Below are positions 35,980 through 47,063 of a stretch of DNA of 64,000 nucleotides, piece by piece; positions within the stretch are counted from its first letter, which is position 1; the number at the start of each line of letters is the position of its first letter. The stretch comes from Monocercomonoides exilis PA203 (taxonomy: Eukaryota; Protista; Preaxostyla), in the NCBI GenBank assembly GCA_001643675.2, contig LSRY02000059.1:248001-312000 (forward strand). Direction: 5' to 3'. The position numbers and the translations under genes were made by a program. The notes under the pieces are model-generated. The model worked only from the letters and a program-made list of their open reading frames with translations, was not told the origin of the DNA and ran no database searches.

Positions 35980-38900
35980 ATGTCAAATTCCACGCTTTCT
36001 CCCTTGTCCGACGATGTAGTTCCAAACGATGATCTAAATTACTCAGCAAGACCTTCTTTCCTATTTTCTCAAAATATGCAGGAATCTTCTTTCGCTTTAG
36101 ACTTCATGAGTATGGATCCTGGAATCGTGCTGTCGCCAACTTTAAATATTTGTTCACCTCACTACGATTTACACTCGCCTACAGAAAGTCACAACAGTTC
36201 TTTGATGACTGCTTTCCCTTCGTCACCTGTATCACCTGTTATGAATTTTTTGTCTTCACATACATCAAAAGATAATTCGTATCCAGAACAAGAGAAACAT
36301 TCACCTCAACGAGAAATGCTTTCATTTGACGCAGAAGTACAGAAACCTCTGACTTCATGTTTTTCGTTGACTGAAGCTTTTGGGCTTTCAAGAAATTTAT
36401 CCTGTTCACCTCCAGCACCTTCGAAGGGCAATGCAATCCCACTTCCTCCACCACCGCCACCTGTTCCTCAAACAAAAACCATATCTCAGGCAAATCATGA
36501 CGTTAGCGATTCAGCCCCAAGAACACCAAATGTGATTCAAGTTTCACAAGTTATACCAAACAATCAACAGACCATTCCTTTGCCTTCAAAGACAATGCAA
36601 TTTATTCCACTAGTTAGTGCAAGAGAAGGATCTATCGAAACAACACCTCAATCACCGAACATTTTTTCAGAATCTCCAATATGTATTACTAGTCAGTCTG
36701 ATGGAGCTTTAGCTTCAAATGCTGGAGGATTGCCTCGCCCACCTTATCAGTTTATATTGCCTCCTTCATTTGCTGCTTTAAATCAAAAGCGATTGGCTGC
36801 AGCAAGTGGTGCTCCACACTTAACTCAGAACAACGTTTCTCGCGCACAGCCTTTTATAATTATGCAAAATCCAAGCAGTCACCAAATGATACAAAATTCC
36901 CAAATGCAAAACTCATCCCATCAGATTTCCACAACTCCCATTCGAGCACAAGAATATGCGGATGATTCTTCAATGCTAACCTTTGCTTCTTTGGATCCAT
37001 CTGCATCTGCTGTGCCGCAATCGTATCTTCCTCCTGCTCCCACAAACAACTTTCAGTCTCCCATGCAGACATCTTCATCTCCGCGTTTGAATGTTAGGAT
37101 GCGCAAGTCTGAGTCGGCTAATCCGTATTTGTCTTCAATGGCGGAGCAGCAGAACTCTCTTACTCAAGTGAGCTCAACAACTCCTCCATTCTATCCAAAT
37201 ACTCCCCCTGGCATTTCTCTGAATGCCCCACACGCATATCAGCACGGCCACTCAACCTCGCTTCAGTTCGATTCGTTAGTTCAAGGGCATATTGCGATAC
37301 ACCCTTCATCCTCGCAGTCTCCGCAGAATATTTCATCACCCAACTTAAGTGCATCCTGTTTAACTCCTCCGTCTCCGTATTCCCAGTCGTCGCTTCAGAT
37401 ACGTGGGAGATTGGGGCCCCGCCGGCAGTTTCATGCACTGCGATCAGAGAAGGACGTAGATGGCAAAGCTCCGTTCCGATCGTTTCTGTCAGTCACTGGA
37501 CAAGTGCTGCATTTATTGACTACACAGGATGGGAACAGATTCCTGCAAAAGGTGTTGGACGTTCTGTCTGCACAATCGCATCCGCCTACAAAAGACGATG
37601 AAGACACATTGATTCAAGCACGTATGTTTGATTTACTGAAGAAATGTGAGGACTTTCGAAGAGAGCGCAAGAAGATGGCAGAGAAAGGAGAGAAGGAATG
37701 GGCTGAAAGAGAAAGAAACAGAATAAAGAACTTGAAGCAGATTGGGTTTGGCTCCATAACAACTGGATCTGTTTCCGAAGAAGCGCAATGGGGTGAGAGG
37801 AACGACATACAAATGGGCCAATCGAAAAACGACTCACCGTCTCCTCAACTTCAAGGCGGAGGTGCTTCAAATGGTATTCTGCCTCATTTGTCTCCAGCTA
37901 ACTCATACTCGTCTCTATCTCATACACCCACTCAGCGCTCAATGACTAATTTGTCTCATAAGCCTCGCCTGCCACTTGACCCGTCGCCATTGGTGGTGTA
38001 TGTCATTGACGTGGTCATAAAAGAGGTTGGAAATGATCTGAGAATGCTTTGTCTGAACCAGTTTGGCAATTACACAGTGCAGCGGTTGATGATGCGAGGG
38101 AACACAGCACAACGAGATGAGATCTTCAAAACGGTGTGCATGGATGTTGGGTGGATGGGGTGCCATCCGTTTGCCTCGCGTGTTATTCAGAGAATGGTAG
38201 ATGTAGCAGACAGTGAGGAGCAGGTGTCTATGCTGAGGAGGCAGACAGAAGGGCAGGTGTTGCAGATGATCAAGCATGCGTCAGGTGTGCATCTGCTAAC
38301 AAAGTTCATCACGACGTGGGTGGACGACAAGAATGACGATGAGTGGGATGACTTGCTTGATGGAGGAGAAAATATTTGCCAAGCTGGCAAAGAAAAAGAC
38401 AGAAAGACAATCTCACATATAGTTGAGAAGGAAGAGAACCATGCGCCTGGATATTTGCGTGATTCGTTGTTTGTGCTGGATGAGCTGCTGACAAGAGAAG
38501 CATTGTCTCATCTGCTATCTACACGTGATGGATGTACGCTACTGCAGAAACTTGTTGTGACAGCAGATTCCGAAATGAGAGAGAAAATCATGCGAAAGGA
38601 GAGGAAAGTGAAGGAATATGAGGCAAAACATTCAATCTACATGGCCGAGATGAGCCAGCGAGGCATCACGCTGCTCCATCCAAGCTACCCTCCGTCTCAC
38701 TTGGTGCGCCCGCCCTCTTCGCTGGTGGCGCTTGTCGTGCGGCTCTCAGAGGAGTTCCATCTTGTAACAGCGCTGCTGCTGAACGAAGAGCGGACAAACA
38801 CTTTCATTCAGTCACTCACAATGCTCAACTGGACAGCTATAGATGCATGGAGCGAGGCAAAGCATAGACAAGAGAAATATCGTGCAAAGTTCAGAAACAA

Positions 38901-41900
38901 TTCTCCTTCCGTTATAACGACACCTCCGTCTCAGTCAGAACAGAAGCAAAAGAGTTGCAATAAGTGCTCAGAGAGTCCTGTTAAGCTCAACACACAGAAT
39001 TCTTCACCAAAGAATCCGGCGTCTTCTACGTGTATTGTTGCAAACAGGCATATGCTCCCCCCACCTCCACCGCCACCGCCTCCTTCACTCACCGTGCTGC
39101 ATCCATTGGCTTCTCTTTCGCCAGCATCATTCACAAGTCAAGTTATGTCCCCAGCACACACACAGTTGCCCCCGCCTCCACTTTATGCTGATGATGGCAC
39201 CAATCATTTTAGTCCTCCAACTGCATCTCCTTATTTGTCAACTTCTGCTTCTGCTCCTGTTACTCTGCCATCAGCTGCATCGCGTTGTGAGCTTTGCCAG
39301 TCTGATGCACCTTCTTCTATTTCGTGTATGCATTCTTGTTCTCGCCCACACTCTTCCATTCACATTCCTTACACACTGCCTTCTCTTCGCCATATGTTTT
39401 TTGCCTCCTTTCTACCTCACTTTGCTGAGTTATGCTGCTCAAAGACAGCTTCACCCACAATTGAAAGGATGATTATGATGTGCGACTGGGACACCAAAAA
39501 GGAGCTTGTCCGTATTCTTCTCCAACCCTCTCATCAGAACGACAACAAAGGTGACAATGCAAAAGTGCTGTTCAACGCAAACAAAAGTTTATCCGCTGCT
39601 CATGTGACGCCTGTCGATTCCATTCCAGTTACATCATCATTGACATCCTCTTCTTCAACGCCTCTGTCTTCTTCTGTTGCTTCCTTTGGCAGCAGCACTC
39701 AGACAGATTTATGTTCATCTTTCTTATCTGATTCCGCTCAAACTGGGCCTTCACGTGACAGCAAGCTATTTCCTCAGAAGCAGAACACTCAGCCAATTAA
39801 TGAATGTGTTTCATCTCTTCCTCCTCTTCCGTCAGATAGTTTGTCTTTGCCTGCATTAGCCTCTTCACCCCTCTCTTTATGTGCCTCGCCAGCCACCACA
39901 AACTCAACAACCACTCCAACCACACCAATCACACCACCAACAGCAGCAGCAGCAGAAGCAACACCTTCTTCAGCCACAGCCTCTCCGAAGCATCAGATGG
40001 AGTCAACCTCTTCTCTTCTTTGTATGCATACTCTTTCTGTGTACTCTTCATCATCTTCGACTCCTCTCCTCATTCAGCTCAGTCTGAATCCTTATGCCTC
40101 GTCTGTGGTTCTGAGACTGCTTCTGTCGCTGTCGCTTCCTGACCTCCTCCCTTTCTTCCCAGAGAACATCGCAGCAACCGAGGAAGAAAGAGCAAATAGA
40201 CGAATTGCGTTGCTCCAGAGCAAAGCCAACAAGCTTTCGGTCGCACAACAGAAGACAAACAAGTTCAAAGAGAAAGGCGCCTGCAATAAAGAGGCAAAGA
40301 AAGAAGCGAAAACAGTCATGCACATTGGAAAAGGTAGCAAAGAAAAAAGTGAGTTGGATGAAGGCGGAGAAGATCATAACTGTGAAGAAGAATCAGAAAC
40401 AGAGACAGAAACAGATCTATTTCTTAATGACTCGTTTGATGAACAGGATCTGATGGAGACATCAGACCGCGAAGAGAGAGCTGTTCTGTCGTCTGTCCGC
40501 AGCACAATCTACCAGCTGACATCGCCCACCTCTCCATTCGCCAAGTCCTTCCACTCCTCCTCTTTCTCCTCTGCTTCGTCTGCCTCTCTTTCTCCCAGGC
40601 AGTCTCCATCTGGATCAGCCACTGGACAAAGCTTGGGTTCCAGCTCAGTTCCGCTTTCTGGTTCAAATTCTGCTTCAGGTTCGTATTCACAGCCAGCTCC
40701 TGTGTCTCCTCCGCTTCTGTTTGCGCCTTCGAATTCGCCATCGTTTTCGCCTTCTTTTGCCCCCACTTCTGCTTTTCTGCTGAGACACAGCCCTTCTCTT
40801 CTGACAGACCCTCTTTCGCCACTTGAGTTCGCACTTCTAAAAAAATTGGAGAGAAAGAAAAGAAGACACAGCAAAGACACTAAGAAGAATGAAGACGATG
40901 GAGACGCTTTGTCAAAGAACAAGAAGGACGATGAGACTGAGGAAGACACATTTGAGGCACGGCTGGTGATGATGAGATCGATTGTGGAAGTGCTGATGGA
41001 CAGCAGCAGCATCATTCGCTATTCGCCTACGGGGATGCAAGTGTTGGAGTCAGGGAGCATGCTGCTGATGAAGATGGAGGAGCATTCAGCATCCAGAAAC
41101 AGCAGACTGAAGAGAGAGAAAACGGGAAGCGAGGGAAAAGAAATGAGTGGGAAAAGAGAGTATTCAGTGCATAAAGATGCGCTGTTCAGAAGGGAAGGCG
41201 AACGAAGAGAAGGAGCCGATCCCTCGTCGCTTTATTATTACTCGCCACGCGATGGAGAGATGCAGAGCATTGAGCGTAACATGATGGTTCGGACTTCCTC
41301 ATCATCTCCGTCTCCTGTTGCTTCGTTCTCTCACTACTCCACTTCTTCATCGCTATCCCCTTTCTTTTATTCTCCTTCTAATTCGACTGTGCCACAGCAG
41401 TCAGATTCACCGCCTGCTCGTTCTGCCTCAGCCAAAAATCGCTCTGGAAAGGAGGCAGACAAAACTGATTCAGCTTCGAACTTCAAAGCACTTGGATCCA
41501 CAACACCTTTGCCACCATTGCCTTCGACTTGCTCTGCGCCTGCTTCTGCTTCTTCCTCAGAAGCGAAGCAGAACAATTCGTCACATGCAGTCAATAAATG
41601 CGCTGTGCCACAACAATCTGTGCTGTTTCCGCCTAGCAGCATCCACACTAGTATTAGTAATAGTAATAGTAATAATTGTAATAATAATAATAATAATAGA
41701 AATGTGTCACCTGTTCCAGAAGAAACAGAACCAACCTCTTTGCGTTATCGAAAAGTTGCGCGTCTTCAAAAGCAGACAAACAAAAAGGAGGCGAACAGCA
41801 ATTCGTCATCTGATAGTTTAGCTCCTCGTCAAAAAACTGTTAAAGTATCGTTAGGCAGCCATACTGTTGCATTACAAAAGAAAAACATTGATAAATTAGA

Positions 41901-41907
41901 ATCATAG
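35980..41907 (+). CDS. Pumilio/Puf-repeat RNA-binding protein with long low-complexity inserts
   Basis: Repeat cores TQDGNRFLQK, NQFGNYTVQR, HPFASRVIQR, HASGVHLLTK, TRDGCTLLQK, SKTASPTIER and NPYASSVVLR. A probable 5'-UTR intron lies at 35892-35978. Confidence 0.8.
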   Translation: MSNSTLSPLSDDVVPNDDLNYSARPSFLFSQNMQESSFALDFMSMDPGIVLSPTLNICSPHYDLHSPTESHNSSLMTAFPSSPVSPVMNFLSSHTSKDNSYPEQEKHSPQREMLSFDAEVQKPLTSCFSLTEAFGLSRNLSCSPPAPSKGNAIPLPPPPPPVPQTKTISQANHDVSDSAPRTPNVIQVSQVIPNNQQTIPLPSKTMQFIPLVSAREGSIETTPQSPNIFSESPICITSQSDGALASNAGGLPRPPYQFILPPSFAALNQKRLAAASGAPHLTQNNVSRAQPFIIMQNPSSHQMIQNSQMQNSSHQISTTPIRAQEYADDSSMLTFASLDPSASAVPQSYLPPAPTNNFQSPMQTSSSPRLNVRMRKSESANPYLSSMAEQQNSLTQVSSTTPPFYPNTPPGISLNAPHAYQHGHSTSLQFDSLVQGHIAIHPSSSQSPQNISSPNLSASCLTPPSPYSQSSLQIRGRLGPRRQFHALRSEKDVDGKAPFRSFLSVTGQVLHLLTTQDGNRFLQKVLDVLSAQSHPPTKDDEDTLIQARMFDLLKKCEDFRRERKKMAEKGEKEWAERERNRIKNLKQIGFGSITTGSVSEEAQWGERNDIQMGQSKNDSPSPQLQGGGASNGILPHLSPANSYSSLSHTPTQRSMTNLSHKPRLPLDPSPLVVYVIDVVIKEVGNDLRMLCLNQFGNYTVQRLMMRGNTAQRDEIFKTVCMDVGWMGCHPFASRVIQRMVDVADSEEQVSMLRRQTEGQVLQMIKHASGVHLLTKFITTWVDDKNDDEWDDLLDGGENICQAGKEKDRKTISHIVEKEENHAPGYLRDSLFVLDELLTREALSHLLSTRDGCTLLQKLVVTADSEMREKIMRKERKVKEYEAKHSIYMAEMSQRGITLLHPSYPPSHLVRPPSSLVALVVRLSEEFHLVTALLLNEERTNTFIQSLTMLNWTAIDAWSEAKHRQEKYRAKFRNNSPSVITTPPSQSEQKQKSCNKCSESPVKLNTQNSSPKNPASSTCIVANRHMLPPPPPPPPPSLTVLHPLASLSPASFTSQVMSPAHTQLPPPPLYADDGTNHFSPPTASPYLSTSASAPVTLPSAASRCELCQSDAPSSISCMHSCSRPHSSIHIPYTLPSLRHMFFASFLPHFAELCCSKTASPTIERMIMMCDWDTKKELVRILLQPSHQNDNKGDNAKVLFNANKSLSAAHVTPVDSIPVTSSLTSSSSTPLSSSVASFGSSTQTDLCSSFLSDSAQTGPSRDSKLFPQKQNTQPINECVSSLPPLPSDSLSLPALASSPLSLCASPATTNSTTTPTTPITPPTAAAAEATPSSATASPKHQMESTSSLLCMHTLSVYSSSSSTPLLIQLSLNPYASSVVLRLLLSLSLPDLLPFFPENIAATEEERANRRIALLQSKANKLSVAQQKTNKFKEKGACNKEAKKEAKTVMHIGKGSKEKSELDEGGEDHNCEEESETETETDLFLNDSFDEQDLMETSDREERAVLSSVRSTIYQLTSPTSPFAKSFHSSSFSSASSASLSPRQSPSGSATGQSLGSSSVPLSGSNSASGSYSQPAPVSPPLLFAPSNSPSFSPSFAPTSAFLLRHSPSLLTDPLSPLEFALLKKLERKKRRHSKDTKKNEDDGDALSKNKKDDETEEDTFEARLVMMRSIVEVLMDSSSIIRYSPTGMQVLESGSMLLMKMEEHSASRNSRLKREKTGSEGKEMSGKREYSVHKDALFRREGERREGADPSSLYYYSPRDGEMQSIERNMMVRTSSSSPSPVASFSHYSTSSSLSPFFYSPSNSTVPQQSDSPPARSASAKNRSGKEADKTDSASNFKALGSTTPLPPLPSTCSAPASASSSEAKQNNSSHAVNKCAVPQQSVLFPPSSIHTSISNSNSNNCNNNNNNRNVSPVPEETEPTSLRYRKVARLQKQTNKKEANSNSSSDSLAPRQKTVKVSLGSHTVALQKKNIDKLES

Positions 41908-42773
41908 TTTGAAAAATCCTCTTCAGAGGAACCCACTTCGTAGCATAATGGAAAGCCATCTCTTAATTCCTTTGCGTTGTATCTTGGATAGAATTAATTT
42001 TGTTTCTTTTCTTCATCAACAGCAACTATCCCTTTATAATCTTATTGTATTCACTTTGCATATTAGTCAGTACACGTTTTTTATATAGAATCTTTTCATA
42101 CTTTTTTATTTGTTTAAAATATTTATGTAGATACTTTGACGATATTTATTTATTATTAATTTGTAATTAATACTTTCTTTGGCTATTCCTACTTTGTTTT
42201 TTATGCTTAAATGCCGATTGCATTTTCCTTCTTACAACTCTTGGTAATCTTTATGAAATTAGTTGTGATTTCTATTTTACAGAATTTTAAATTTTTTATT
42301 TATTTCAAAAACTTGTTCAAAGTCTTGGTTTTTTTGGATGACAAGCAATTATTACACTCAAACAATGAGTTAATGATGCACAGTTTTTTGTCTTTTCTAT
42401 CTTTTACAATTCTTCAAGTACATAATCATATCATTCAACTACACTTGTATCGAGAAATCCAAGCGAACTATGTTTTTGTAGTTCATGTAGTATTACACAA
42501 TAAACGTTTTGTGTGTGTTTTGTTCATTTTTTTCCTGTTGAAAAATTTATTAATCATCAGAAAACTTTAAACATCAATAACGATACCAGACTTTGAACTT
42601 TTCAGAGTTGTCCAAATTAAAAAAATAAAAAACAGTTAATTATAATCAGATGAATGTGGTAAATAGTTTGAATTTTTTTATAATGAACACAAATTTTTGA
42701 AAGAAAAAGGGAGAAAAAAGAAATGTCGAAAGGATGTCGATAATCAAATTATAATGTTATCGTTAAATAATGT

Positions 42774-43005
42774 TCATTTCTTTTGTTGTTTTGCAGCATT
42801 CTTTTCCATTTGTTCCATCTTTTGTAAGACGGCTCCTTTGATAGGCAAAATTTTTGGTTTACACAACAGTTCTCTTTAAAATCAAATAGCTTTTTGAATG
42901 GCAAGATAAAATTCACGGAACATACGTTGTGACACTTTTTTCGGAAAATATTATCCCTTTTTGAGCGATTACTTCTGGAAATATCTGATGAGTTGGCTGC
43001 TCCAT
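42774..43005 (-). CDS. BBIP1: BBSome-interacting protein 1 (BBIP1/BBS18), 59 aa, one intron 42874-42925
   Basis: Spliced product MEQPTHQIFPEVIAQKGIIFSEKSVTTELLCKPKILPIKGAVLQKMEQMEKNAAKQQKK*. The EV..KG....E....LCKPK[IL]LP[IL]K..L.K[ML]E.M pattern is the BBIP1 signature. Not in the ORF track. Confidence 0.9.
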
Positions 43006-43190
43006 TTTAAATAAATGGGACATTTGAATTAATTTTCGAAATAACTATTAATTAAAAAAAGACAACAACAAAACAATTAAAATAGAACAATTTGATAAAA
43101 TACACATTTGCTATAAAAAATAGGACTTCGTCCAGACAGTATAAAACAATTGATAAAAAAAAAAACAATAGTCAAAATATATTTTATTTT

Positions 43191-46100
43191 CTACCAAGGA
43201 ACAATATCTTGCTTATTATCGAGTAAGAGTGCTTTCATCATCGAATAATCACCTGCACGTGCTCTTCCGATCATCTGGTTCCAAAAAGTGCTTTGCTCCA
43301 TCACCTTCCATTCCTCCAGCACCTCTTGTGCCCATCTTGATGTCTCTCTTAGAGAGATGGAATCAACCTTCGATTTGAATCCCAGCGTGGCCATGCTGAA
43401 GAACGACTTCGTCAGCGACTCCAGATCGTCTGCTGCTGTGTACGAGGTGATGCCTTTCTTCTCATCCTGCATCAGCATCAGCACCCTGTCACTCGCATAG
43501 CTCAGCGGCTGTGTTGTGAAGTACGGTTCTTCCATCAGCCCTGCTGAGCCCATGTCCACCAGACACACATCCTCATCAATCGACCCTTGTCTCACCAGCA
43601 CAATATGCGAAGGGCGGATGTTCCGATGCACAATGCGGTGTCTGTGCATGTGCTGCAGTGTGTCAATGAGAGAGAAGAAGTGTCTCCCCAAATGCGCCGA
43701 GTTGAATGGCCATGGCCTTCCCACTGGCTGAGTCACTATCAGCCGCGCATGTTTGCTTACAAACACCAATTTTGGCACACGCGGCACCTCCTTCTCAGTC
43801 AGCAGCTGCAGCATCTCTGCATCCTTCAGCATGTCTGCCAGCTCCACCCCGTCATACACCTTCACAATCAGCGGGCGTGACTGCCTCGCCTCCAACCGCC
43901 CTGCTCGCACCATCGCTGTCACCAGCGAGTCCTGTGGAGCTGACTGCTCTTCGGCTGCCTGCTTCAGCCGCATCTTCTCGTGCTTCTCTTCCTCTGGCCC
44001 TGCCTCCTCCATCGTCGCTGTCACAATGAACGAGTGGCGCCCATATCCCAACATCGCCCCAAACCGGAAAGAAAGGTGCTCCACCTCACAATGAGGGAGA
44101 TATCCGAAGAAAGACGGCGGCTGTCGCATTAGCCAGGTGAATGTTGCTCTGCACTCGGGATCAGAGAATGGCTGCAGGGAGTCAAAATAGACGGTGATCT
44201 TCCCCTTTGCCCTGCACGCGCAGAACACCTGAAATGCATTTGGTGTGATGAGCAGCGTGATTGCGTAGAAGCGCCATGCCTGATGATCTAACAGCTTCTG
44301 TGCGTGGATGACTGACTGGGCATGTAGATCAGGTCGCATGGCATATCCGTCCTCGTGTCTCTCAGGCGCCTCAAACGGCGGGACGTGATGGATGTCGATG
44401 ATGCTGACGATGTTTGAGGACTTGCGCGGGGCTCTTGTTGGGTTCTCGACGCAGAGGTAGATGGATGGGCGGTAGCTGGCAATGGACATGCCGATGCTGT
44501 AGTCAGTCGCAAACATCTTGTGGTCTCTGTGGACTGTTATTGTGTCTGTAGTTGAAATAGAGGAGAAATCAATAGAAGCTGCGATGGATGTGCTTGTCTG
44601 ATGTTGTGGAGGGCCAGAGCGGATGACGATGTTGTCAGCAGGCTCAAACGATGCGCGATAGACAGACGGATCCGCAGGGGGTACTTTTGGGATGGGAGGA
44701 AGGGCAGATTCTGAGGTGGATGCCAGGAATGACTGAAGTGTGGCTGTGGCTGGCTGAGAGGAAGAGGCAGAGGCAGAGGCAGAAGAAGCAGGTGATGTGG
44801 AACATGAAGAAGAAGAGGAAGAAGAAGATGATGATGATGCAGAAGCAGAGGCAGTAGTTGGCTGACGCACTCTTTTTGAGAAGCCGAATTGAGGAAGGCC
44901 AGACGGGATGAGCTCATCATCATCATCATCACGCGATCTTCCGCTGTCTGCAGCAATCGCCTTTTTCACAGCCATCAGAGTAACCTCTTCACTCGGAGGT
45001 GGAGGTGGGATGAACTTGCGGAGCTGCTCAATATCTCCGTGGAAGACTATTTCTCCGGCTTCATTGATGTGAAACACAGTGTTGTCCCGCTTTACTATCC
45101 GGATGCCTCCAATCAGACAGAGGAACATCAGCACAGACGAGCAGACGAGGAGGTTCGGGCGGTTGGTTGGTGCAGCAGGAGGGAGAAGAGACAGAAAGTC
45201 CATTGAGGCAGGCGGAGGGTGCTGAGCGAGGTGCATATCGACAAGATGCTGGGGGATGTGGTCAGCAGCAGTGGGCACTGAGTTTGGCCGGATGAACTTG
45301 TGGCTGTCGTTGTAGAAGCAGAAGCCCCATGGATAGAAAGGGATGAGTGCAATCTCCCGTGATTCATAGATACTCGCTTCGGGTGTGAAGTCGGTGGTCA
45401 GCTTGGGAATCTTCAGCTTTCGTGAACCGCCTGCTCCTTTCTCGTCCTCTGGCAGGGAGAGTGTGAGGTAAGGCGAGGAGAAGAGCATGATGGAGCGTTG
45501 GGGTGTGTTTGTGGACGGCATGGCATCTTGAATGCGAAGCAAGTGGATGAGGCGTGTGGCAGTAGGCGTATGATAGGGATGATGGAGAAGAGACAGAAAG
45601 CGAAGAATCTTCTTTCGCATCGGAGCGGGGATCGATGTTCGCACCAGCCACTGGAGAAGAAACAAGATTGGATGCAAAAAGAAGAAAGGAGATGGCAGAG
45701 TCTCTAAGCTGTCTCCCCTCTCATCAGGAAGGAAGTCGCGATAGACTGTCATTGACTTCGCCTGAAACACATTTGCAAACAACGACTCATCCACCACCAC
45801 AACAGCTGCCTGTGCAGGCGCTGCTGCTGCTTGTGCCGCTGGCTGCCCCGCTGCTGCTGCCGCAGCATCGCCTGTGGCTGCCTGTTGACCTGCTGTTGCT
45901 GCTGCAGCTGCTTCAGTCCCAGCAACTGCTCCAGGAACAATTGCTGCAGGAGGTGCAGCTCCTTCCTTTGTGGAGTCCGCCAGAACAACAACAACTGGCT
46001 GCTCGTGTTCTTGGCGCTCCTTAATTTTGATCGGAGCTTTCGTCATTGGAGGCAGTTTTGTTCCTGTTCTCAGATATTGAAGAGCGCTTTCATGGAAATT

Positions 46101-46965
46101 ATACGGATGCTCAACCCCATTTGTATCCTTAGCAATTGAATCAGTATCACATTCGTAAAAAATAAGTTGTGCACATTCGTGCATAAGTGCTGTACCCTTT
46201 TCTTCAAATGCATTGAGACGCTGAAGACAAGTGTCAATATTTAATTGTGTAACTGCCTTTATACGTGTGTTATGAGGCTAAAAAAAAATCATGAAAAAAT
46301 TGTTTAGTAAGCAAAGAAAATAATAAAAACGCAAAAATGAATTTAAATATCATATCACTTAACACAAATAGATCGTACCTTGACATTTAAGGTCATTCTA
46401 ATAAAAAATAATGTGAATAATGACAATTGTTTAGGCTCAACGTATTGATTCGCTGATGTTGTGGCCACATCATCGGACTTCTTCTTAAATAGTAATGGCG
46501 TTCTTTCATTTGTTTTAAAATATTCGCGAATTCCCCCTTCTGGCATGTCAACTTTTCGCCCAAGTTCCAGAAGAAGAGGGAATTTCTTCAAAGTGGGCCA
46601 AAGTAAAGACTGTAGGAAAAAACAATTGTTATTAAAAAATTAGAAAATAAGTTACAACCAACCATTGCTGTAGGGTTATGAAGAGTGAGATGCTGATATA
46701 GCGCCTCCAAAAACCCAGCTTCTAAATAATCAAATAGACGATTTACTCTGAGTATAGCCTTCAATTTTTGCTTTATTTTTTTAAAATCATCTTTTGAAAT
46801 CATGAGTAAATCTCCTGTTGTGCGAAAAGCTTCAACACATGCTTTAGGGTCGGTCACAGCTAAGAATAATAAAATTATAATTAAAAATCCAGGATGATAA
46901 AAATAATCGCTTTACATACGTGCATCAAAGAACCTTTCAAGCGTCTCCTCAGTTGCATCGATCAT
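43191..46965 (-). CDS. Protein with a C-terminal FunK1/Crinkler-type kinase-like domain preceded by a degenerate REase-like region; 3 introns
   Basis: LGYGRHSFIV, LIVKVYD, HRNIRPSHIV, LVDMGSA and YTAADDLESL; upstream HAQKLLDHQAWRFYAITLLIT. The exons join in phase from ATG 46965. Confidence 0.7.
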
Positions 46966-47063
46966 GTTTAACACGAACGCTTATTTAAAGCTGAAAGTGC
47001 GCAAGGATCACAGTTTGATCAACAAATATTACCTTAATCGAATTTTCTGAAAATCAAAATTCG
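46966..47063. promoter_or_regulatory. Putative 98-bp bidirectional promoter
   Basis: Divergent inferred start codons at 46965 (-) and 47064 (+). Confidence 0.5.

Noticed and set aside
41655-41698. AAT/AGT microsatellite
   Set aside because: It simply encodes a poly-Asn/Ser run within the Puf protein.
42211-42570. 119-aa hydrophobic ORF between the Puf gene and BBIP1
   Set aside because: AT-rich F/L/I composition typical of non-coding DNA. No motif or convincing splice model was found, though a decayed or tiny spliced gene cannot be excluded.
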